DNA of 64,000 nt from Gemmatimonadales bacterium. GTDB taxonomy: Bacteria > Gemmatimonadota > Gemmatimonadetes > Gemmatimonadales > GWC2-71-9. The stretch covers positions 36,608 to 100,607 of the forward strand of contig DATIYM010000007.1 of assembly GCA_035517615.1 (NCBI GenBank), read 5' to 3'. Below the pieces are notes generated by a model. The model was not told where the DNA came from, searched no databases, and saw only the letters and a program-made list of their open reading frames with translations. Positions 58,894 through 64,000 of this stretch are shown piece after piece (the first letter of the stretch is position 1; every line of letters begins with the position of its first letter). The translations under genes were made by a program, and so were the position numbers.

Positions 58894-59817
58894 CTATGTA
58901 AATGCCGGCTCCGCCCTCGATACTCCGCTTCTCTCCGCTGCCTTGACCGTCACCGGCGCATGGGCCGGCACCACGAGCAATGATGTGGGCAGCTGATTCA
59001 AGAGCCGTTCGGTGACGCTGCCGATCAAGAGGCGATCGACGAAGCCCTTGCCATGCGAGCCTACAACGAGCAGGTCCGCGTGCCAGTCGGCAACTTCGCG
59101 CGCGATCGCGTCGAACGCGAGTCCGTGCCGCGTGATCTTCTCGGCGCTGGGATCGAGCACCAGCGGCCACACCTCGCGCTTCACGTGCTCGTCCAGCAGG
59201 GTGTAATACGACTCCACGTCGTAGGTCGGCGCGTCCGGAAGGATCGGCAGCGGCTCGAACGCGCACATGACGCGCAGCTCGGCTCCCAGCAGCGTCGCGA
59301 ACCGCTCCGCGGTCTTGATCGTCGGCTGCGCCGCATAGGACTGATCCGCGGCCACGAGAATCCGCCGAATCGGCGCGCGCAGCCCGCCCGTTACGAACAG
59401 CGGCACGTCGGTGGTGCGCGCAACATTCAGGGCGGTGCTTCCCGCGAACCAGCGCTCGAGCAGCGTATGATGTTTGCCGCCGAGCACGATCAATCCGGCA
59501 TCGAGCTCGGTCGCGACTTCCTTCAGCACCCAGGTCGGACGCCCGGGACGAATCATGAGGTGCTCCGCAAGCTCGGGTGGAACGATTCCCCACAGTCCAT
59601 GCTGCACTTCGTCCTTCGCCTGGGCCAGGTGCGATTCGCTCAATTCCTGCGCCTGCTCCGGCAGTTCCGCCATCGCGAAGGCGGTCAATACGTCACGCGC
59701 GGCGTGAACGAGCTGGCAGCTCGTTCCCGCGGTGTTCGCCAAGTTGGCGCCGACCGCGCCAGCCCATGCCGCCTCCGGCGAGCTGTCGATACCGACCACA
59801 ATGGGTTTCCACGCCAT
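58894..59817 (-). CDS. Tandem universal stress protein
   Basis: GGAGGG RBS before ATG (cat at 59815-59817). Two Usp domains with GGKHHTLLERWFAGSTALNV and GSHGKGFVDRLLIGSVTERLL. Confidence 0.85.
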   Translation of the reverse strand: MAWKPIVVGIDSSPEAAWAGAVGANLANTAGTSCQLVHAARDVLTAFAMAELPEQAQELSESHLAQAKDEVQHGLWGIVPPELAEHLMIRPGRPTWVLKEVATELDAGLIVLGGKHHTLLERWFAGSTALNVARTTDVPLFVTGGLRAPIRRILVAADQSYAAQPTIKTAERFATLLGAELRVMCAFEPLPILPDAPTYDVESYYTLLDEHVKREVWPLVLDPSAEKITRHGLAFDAIAREVADWHADLLVVGSHGKGFVDRLLIGSVTERLLNQLPTSLLVVPAHAPVTVKAAERSGVSRAEPAFT

Positions 59818-59984
59818 AATGCCCTCCGGAAGAAGTTCCTCACATCGTCTTCGTGTCCTGAACTTCGCGCGCGCACGATGAAGCGAACGTGATGATTGCT
59901 CCAAGAATTCTAGAGGCGGGGTTCATCTCGACTTCATGGCGACGGACGGATATTCCGATCGGACACAGGGGAGGGAGCGGTGCC

Positions 59985-60386
59985 ATGAACGTCGCGGAGC
60001 TGATGCACACCGAGTTGAAGACGATCAGTGTCGATTCCACCATAGGCGATGCCGTGGACGCCTTGGCGGAAGCGCAGGTATCGGCGCTTCCGGTAATCGA
60101 CCGGTTTGGACGCGCTGTCGGCGTGATCTCGACCAAGGATATTCTGAACGCGGAGGCCACGTTTGCGGGGCAGCAGGAACGGGATATACTGTTCGAGCAC
60201 ACGACCGTGCTGGAGATCATGTCCGCCTGGCCGCCGACCATCGGCCCGGAAATCTCGGTTCAGGAAGCGGCGAAACAAATGCTCTATTTCGACGTGCAAC
60301 GGCTGTTCGTCGAGGTGGAGGGAGCCCTGGTGGGCGTGATCTCGCAGAGCGACATCGTCTCGGCCGTGGCGCGCGCCAAGACATAA
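59985..60386 (+). CDS. CBS-pair domain protein
   Basis: GGGGAGGGAG RBS before ATG 59985. 133 aa with two CBS motifs. Confidence 0.85.
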   Translation: MNVAELMHTELKTISVDSTIGDAVDALAEAQVSALPVIDRFGRAVGVISTKDILNAEATFAGQQERDILFEHTTVLEIMSAWPPTIGPEISVQEAAKQMLYFDVQRLFVEVEGALVGVISQSDIVSAVARAKT

Positions 60387-60413
60387 TCGCCTGCGACGAC
60401 GTATTTTTGGAGT

Positions 60414-61655
60414 GTGCAGGGGAACGATTCCACTGAGGTGGCACGCGTTCGCCGCCGGTTCGAGCTGCTGCTCGATGCCGGCGTCGCGATCTTCTCGGAG
60501 CACACGCTCGCGGCGGTGCTGCAGCGGGTGGTCGACTCCGCTCGAGAAGTGGTCGGTGCCAAGTACGCTGCCCTGGGCGTGCTGTCGGCCGACGGGAAGG
60601 GCCTGTCCGAGTTCGTTACTTCTGGCCTCTCGGACGCCGAGCGCGCGCATATCGGCGACCTGCCGAGTGGTCGCGGGTTGCTCGGTCTCGTGATCCGCGA
60701 GCCCCATCCGATTCGTTCCGCCGATATCAAACACCACCCCCAGCGCTTCGGATTCCCGCCCAATCATCCGCCGATGCAATCGTTTCTCGGCGTCCCGGTG
60801 GCTGTGCAGGGTTGCGTATTCGGCAACCTGTATCTCACCGAAAAGGTTGGAGGGACTGAATTCACCGGCGAAGACGAGGCGATCGCCGTCTTCCTCGCGG
60901 CCAAGGCGGCTGTGGCGGTTGAAAACGCGCGACTCCACGAGAAAAGACAGGAATTGTTGCAGCAGGTGCAGGGCATGCAGCGCCAGCGCGATCTGTTCTT
61001 CGCGATGATGAACCATGAGCTACGCAACGCGCTCACCGGCGTGTATGGCTGGGCGGAGCGGCTCGTGCGCGGCAAGGGAAGCCCGGAATCGAAGGGCCAG
61101 GCGGCTCAGGAGGTCTACGAAGCCGCGGAACGGACCATCACACTGCTCAACAATTTTCTCGATCTCACCCGACTCGATGCGGGGAAAGTGCGCCCCGTAT
61201 TCCGCGATCTCGATGTGCACGGCGAGATCGGCCGGGTGCTCGCGAACGTGCGTCCGGCCGCGGAGGCGAAGCGGATCCTGCTGCACGAAGAGTACGCGAA
61301 CGGCATCGCCCTGGTGCGTACCGATCCCGTGCGCCTGGAGCAGATTCTCGTCAACCTGATGAGCAACGCGATCCGCCACAGTCCGGAAGGGGGCACGATC
61401 ACCGTACGCGCTGAGTCGCAGAATGGCGAGGTCCTGTTTTGCGTGCGGGATCAGGGCCCCGGCATTCCACTCGAGCTGCAGAGCCGCATCTTCGAGCCCT
61501 TCGAGCGGTTCGATCCACATTCCGGTTTGGGCACCGGGCTTGGGCTTCCCGTGTCGCGCCGCCTGGCGGAAGTGTTGGGGGGCCGGCTGACCGTGGAGAG
61601 CGCCCCCGGCGCGGGAGCGGCGTTCACCCTCACCCTGCCGGTGTCCGCTGCATGA
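60414..61655 (+). CDS. Soluble GAF-HisKA-HATPase sensor histidine kinase, DevS/DosT-like GAF (paralog of 36726..37961)
   Basis: AKYAALGVL...LSEFVTSGL...LPSGRGLLG...FGFPPNHPPMQSFLGVPV...VFGNLYLTEK. H-box MMNHELRNALT. G-boxes GTGLGLPV. Confidence 0.8.
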   Translation: MQGNDSTEVARVRRRFELLLDAGVAIFSEHTLAAVLQRVVDSAREVVGAKYAALGVLSADGKGLSEFVTSGLSDAERAHIGDLPSGRGLLGLVIREPHPIRSADIKHHPQRFGFPPNHPPMQSFLGVPVAVQGCVFGNLYLTEKVGGTEFTGEDEAIAVFLAAKAAVAVENARLHEKRQELLQQVQGMQRQRDLFFAMMNHELRNALTGVYGWAERLVRGKGSPESKGQAAQEVYEAAERTITLLNNFLDLTRLDAGKVRPVFRDLDVHGEIGRVLANVRPAAEAKRILLHEEYANGIALVRTDPVRLEQILVNLMSNAIRHSPEGGTITVRAESQNGEVLFCVRDQGPGIPLELQSRIFEPFERFDPHSGLGTGLGLPVSRRLAEVLGGRLTVESAPGAGAAFTLTLPVSAA

Positions 61656-61712
61656 AGAATTCCTCAGAAATGCTTTAGCGCCGGTTCAAATGGAACCCCT
61701 TAGGCTGATCTC

Positions 61713-62399
61713 ATGAAAATTCTCGTGGTCGAAGACGATCGCAAAGTTGCCGGCTTCATCGAGCAGGGTTTGCGCGAAGAGGGGTATGCGGTGGACGTCG
61801 CGCTCGACGGCGAGCAGGCGACCATGAATGCGCATGTGTACGAGTACGACCTGGTTGTGCTCGATGTCATGCTCCCCAAGAAAACCGGGCTTCAGATCGC
61901 GAGCGAGCTGCGGCGCGAGGGGCGGAAGACGCCGATTCTCATGCTCACCGCGCGCGACACGACCGAAGATGTGGTCCGGGGCCTCGACGCCGGCGCCGAC
62001 GATTACCTCACCAAGCCCTTCAAGTTCGACGAGCTGCTCGCCCGGGTGCGTGCGCTCGTCCGGCGGGGCGGAGCCAGTCGAACGGAGCTCTTGAGCTACG
62101 GGCCGGTCGAGCTCGACCGCTTGAAGCACAAGGCGAAGGTGAACGGCAAGAAGCTCGATCTGACCCCGAAGGAGTTTCAGCTGCTCGAGCACTTCCTGCT
62201 GCGCCCCGAAGAGGTCGTGCGCCGCACGGAGCTGCTCGAGAAAGTGTGGGACCTGCACTTCGACCCGGAGAGCAACGTGGTCGACGTGCACGTGGGGAAT
62301 CTCCGCCGCAAGCTGCACGAGGCGGCGCACGTGGAGCTCCTGCGCACCGTGCGCGGAGTCGGGTTCCGGCTGCAATCCGGCGATCAGGAAGACGAATGA
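61713..62399 (+). CDS. OmpR-family response regulator (CusR/CopR-like)
   Basis: MKILVVEDD, phospho-acceptor DLVVLDVMLP, and a winged-helix C-terminus LTPKEFQLLE...VRGVGF. Confidence 0.9.
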   Translation: MKILVVEDDRKVAGFIEQGLREEGYAVDVALDGEQATMNAHVYEYDLVVLDVMLPKKTGLQIASELRREGRKTPILMLTARDTTEDVVRGLDAGADDYLTKPFKFDELLARVRALVRRGGASRTELLSYGPVELDRLKHKAKVNGKKLDLTPKEFQLLEHFLLRPEEVVRRTELLEKVWDLHFDPESNVVDVHVGNLRRKLHEAAHVELLRTVRGVGFRLQSGDQEDE

Positions 62400-63811
62400 C
62401 GCAGTCGCTCCGGCGGACACTCGCCGTGCGGTTCGCGGCGACGATGGCCGCCGGACTGGCGCTCGTGTCGGGAGCGTTGTTCCTCGGCATGTCGTATCTC
62501 ATGCACAAGCAGTTCGACCAGGCGCTGGCCGGGGCCGAAGTGCTCGTGGCGGGCCAGGTCGAGAACGGATCCCCCCCTTCGATTTCCGACTTGCTGACCT
62601 CCGCGGATCCGGCGGCCTATGCGCGCACCGTGAACCGCTACGCCGCGCTGCGCCGGCCTTCCGGGGAGCTGATCCGCGCGTTCCCCCTGATCGCGAGCGA
62701 CCTCCCCGTTGATTCGGCGGCGCTCGAGCGCGCCCGCGTCGGGTCGCCGATTTGGGTCGACGGTCTCTGGAAGGGCCAGCCGGTCCGAAGCCTTTATGGG
62801 ATCGTCCCCGAAGCCGGCACCGGAGCCCAGCAGGTGATGCAGGTCGCGGCATACCTCGGCCCGCTGCATCACACCGAAAACCTCGTGCTCCTCGCGCTTG
62901 CAGGCGTGGTGGTGCTCGGCACCGTGGCGACGCTCGTGGGCGGCTGGAATTTCGTGGGCTCCGCGGTTGAGCCCGTCCTCGAGATTACCCGGCAGGCGAC
63001 GCAGATCGAAGCCGGGACGCTGTCGCGGCGCATTGCGGCACATGCCGGAACCGACGAGTACCGCGGGCTCGTGGCCGTGCTCAATCGCATGCTCGAGCGG
63101 CTCGACAACGCCTTCCGAACGCAACGCCGTCTTACGGCCGACGTGGGGCATGAGCTGCGCACGCCGCTCACGGCATTGCGCGGCGAGATCGAGGTCGCGT
63201 TGCGCACCGATCGATCGCCGCGCGAGTATCAGCTGGTATTGAGGAGCGCGCTCGAGGAAATCGCCCATCTCAGCGCGATGAGCGACGACCTGCTGCTCAT
63301 TACGCGCGCCGAGAGTCATCAAGTCGAGCCGCATCGCGTCCCCACCGATCCCAACGCGCTGGTGCGGGCCAGCGTCGCGCAGGTGCGCCGCCGGCTGGAA
63401 GAGAAGGATCTGCGACTCGACGAGTCGCTCGATCGGGCCGTCCAGGACGTGGCGCTCGACCCGGAGCTCGTGTCGCGCGCGCTCGATCACCTGCTCGATA
63501 ACGCGGTGAAGTACACGCCGGAGGGCGGGCGCATCCGCGTCACGACCGAGCCGGCGGCCCCCGCCACGCGCGGCGTCCGGTTCGGAGTCGAGAATACGGG
63601 CTCCGCGATCCCTTCCGCGGACCTGCCGCACATTTTCGAGCCGTTCTTTCGCGCGGACCAGTCGCGGACGCGGGCCGGCGGCGGCCCCGGGTTGGGGCTC
63701 GCCCTGGTCGCGGCAATTGCCGAGCTGCATGGCGGGGCGGCACGCGCCTCGAACCGCAACGGCAGCAGCGTGCGGCTGGAAGTGGAGATCCCCGCGCCGG
63801 CAGCGGCCTGA
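62396..63811 (+). CDS. Membrane sensor histidine kinase with periplasmic loop and HAMP (CusS-like)
   Basis: ATGA overlap with the regulator stop. Two TM segments flank a ~150-aa loop. H-box DVGHELRTPLT, and the C-terminal G2 box GGPGLGLALV. Confidence 0.85.
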   Translation: MTQSLRRTLAVRFAATMAAGLALVSGALFLGMSYLMHKQFDQALAGAEVLVAGQVENGSPPSISDLLTSADPAAYARTVNRYAALRRPSGELIRAFPLIASDLPVDSAALERARVGSPIWVDGLWKGQPVRSLYGIVPEAGTGAQQVMQVAAYLGPLHHTENLVLLALAGVVVLGTVATLVGGWNFVGSAVEPVLEITRQATQIEAGTLSRRIAAHAGTDEYRGLVAVLNRMLERLDNAFRTQRRLTADVGHELRTPLTALRGEIEVALRTDRSPREYQLVLRSALEEIAHLSAMSDDLLLITRAESHQVEPHRVPTDPNALVRASVAQVRRRLEEKDLRLDESLDRAVQDVALDPELVSRALDHLLDNAVKYTPEGGRIRVTTEPAAPATRGVRFGVENTGSAIPSADLPHIFEPFFRADQSRTRAGGGPGLGLALVAAIAELHGGAARASNRNGSSVRLEVEIPAPAAA

Positions 63812-63844
63812 AGGGGAACGGAAGCGGGAAGGGGGAAGTGTAAG

Positions 63845-64000
63845 ATGAAGCTCCTGCGAGCGTATCCACTTCCGTTGCTCGCGGGCCTCGGTCTCCTGAG
63901 CGGGCTCGGTGCCCGCTTTTTGTTTCACGCCCCCACGGTTGCGAACCGCATCGATCTGGTCACGCTGGTCGTCGGCGGGACGCCGCTCGTATTGCAGACG
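63845..64000 (+). CDS. Membrane protein, 5' fragment only (possibly a P-type ATPase; not determinable)
   Basis: MKLLRAYPLPLLAGLGLLSGLGARFLFHAPTVANRIDLVTLVVGGTPLVLQT... Truncated by the window end. Confidence 0.3.
   Translation, partial: MKLLRAYPLPLLAGLGLLSGLGARFLFHAPTVANRIDLVTLVVGGTPLVLQT

Overview
High-GC (roughly two-thirds G+C by eye) bacterial chromosomal segment. It is almost fully coding, and many genes have overlapping stop/start codons (ATGA, GTGA, TAATG), which suggests operons. I found no rRNA, tRNA, CRISPR array, transposase, integrase or phage genes. Most long ORFs in the six-frame track are antisense or alternate-frame artefacts of the GC content. Recognisable content starts with a complete membrane-bound [NiFe] uptake hydrogenase operon: small subunit, large subunit, cytochrome b, maturation protease and hypABCDE, but no hypF. 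The rest is an unusually dense set of stress and dormancy-type genes. These include three universal stress proteins, three CBS-pair proteins, two BON proteins and an Acg-type nitroreductase. There are also two small nitroreductases (one decayed), an operon encoding an HPF-cold-shock fusion, a GroES-less GroEL and an eRF1-like protein, and two paralogous GAF histidine kinases. The GAF domains of those kinases look like the DevS/DosT heme-sensor type. Metabolic genes include glycogen phosphorylase, PEP synthase, phosphoketolase and acetate kinase. Other genes are an ATP-dependent DNA ligase, a lipoprotein multiheme cytochrome c, several ABC exporters, an L,D-transpeptidase, an M23 peptidase, and a CusRS-like two-component pair. 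My main hypothesis is that this is a DosR-regulon-like hypoxia/dormancy gene set in a non-actinobacterial lineage, with different signalling wiring. The taxon is not determinable here; Gemmatimonadota or Acidobacteriota is only a guess. All family calls rest on motifs read by eye. No database search was possible, so family names and start codons remain provisional.
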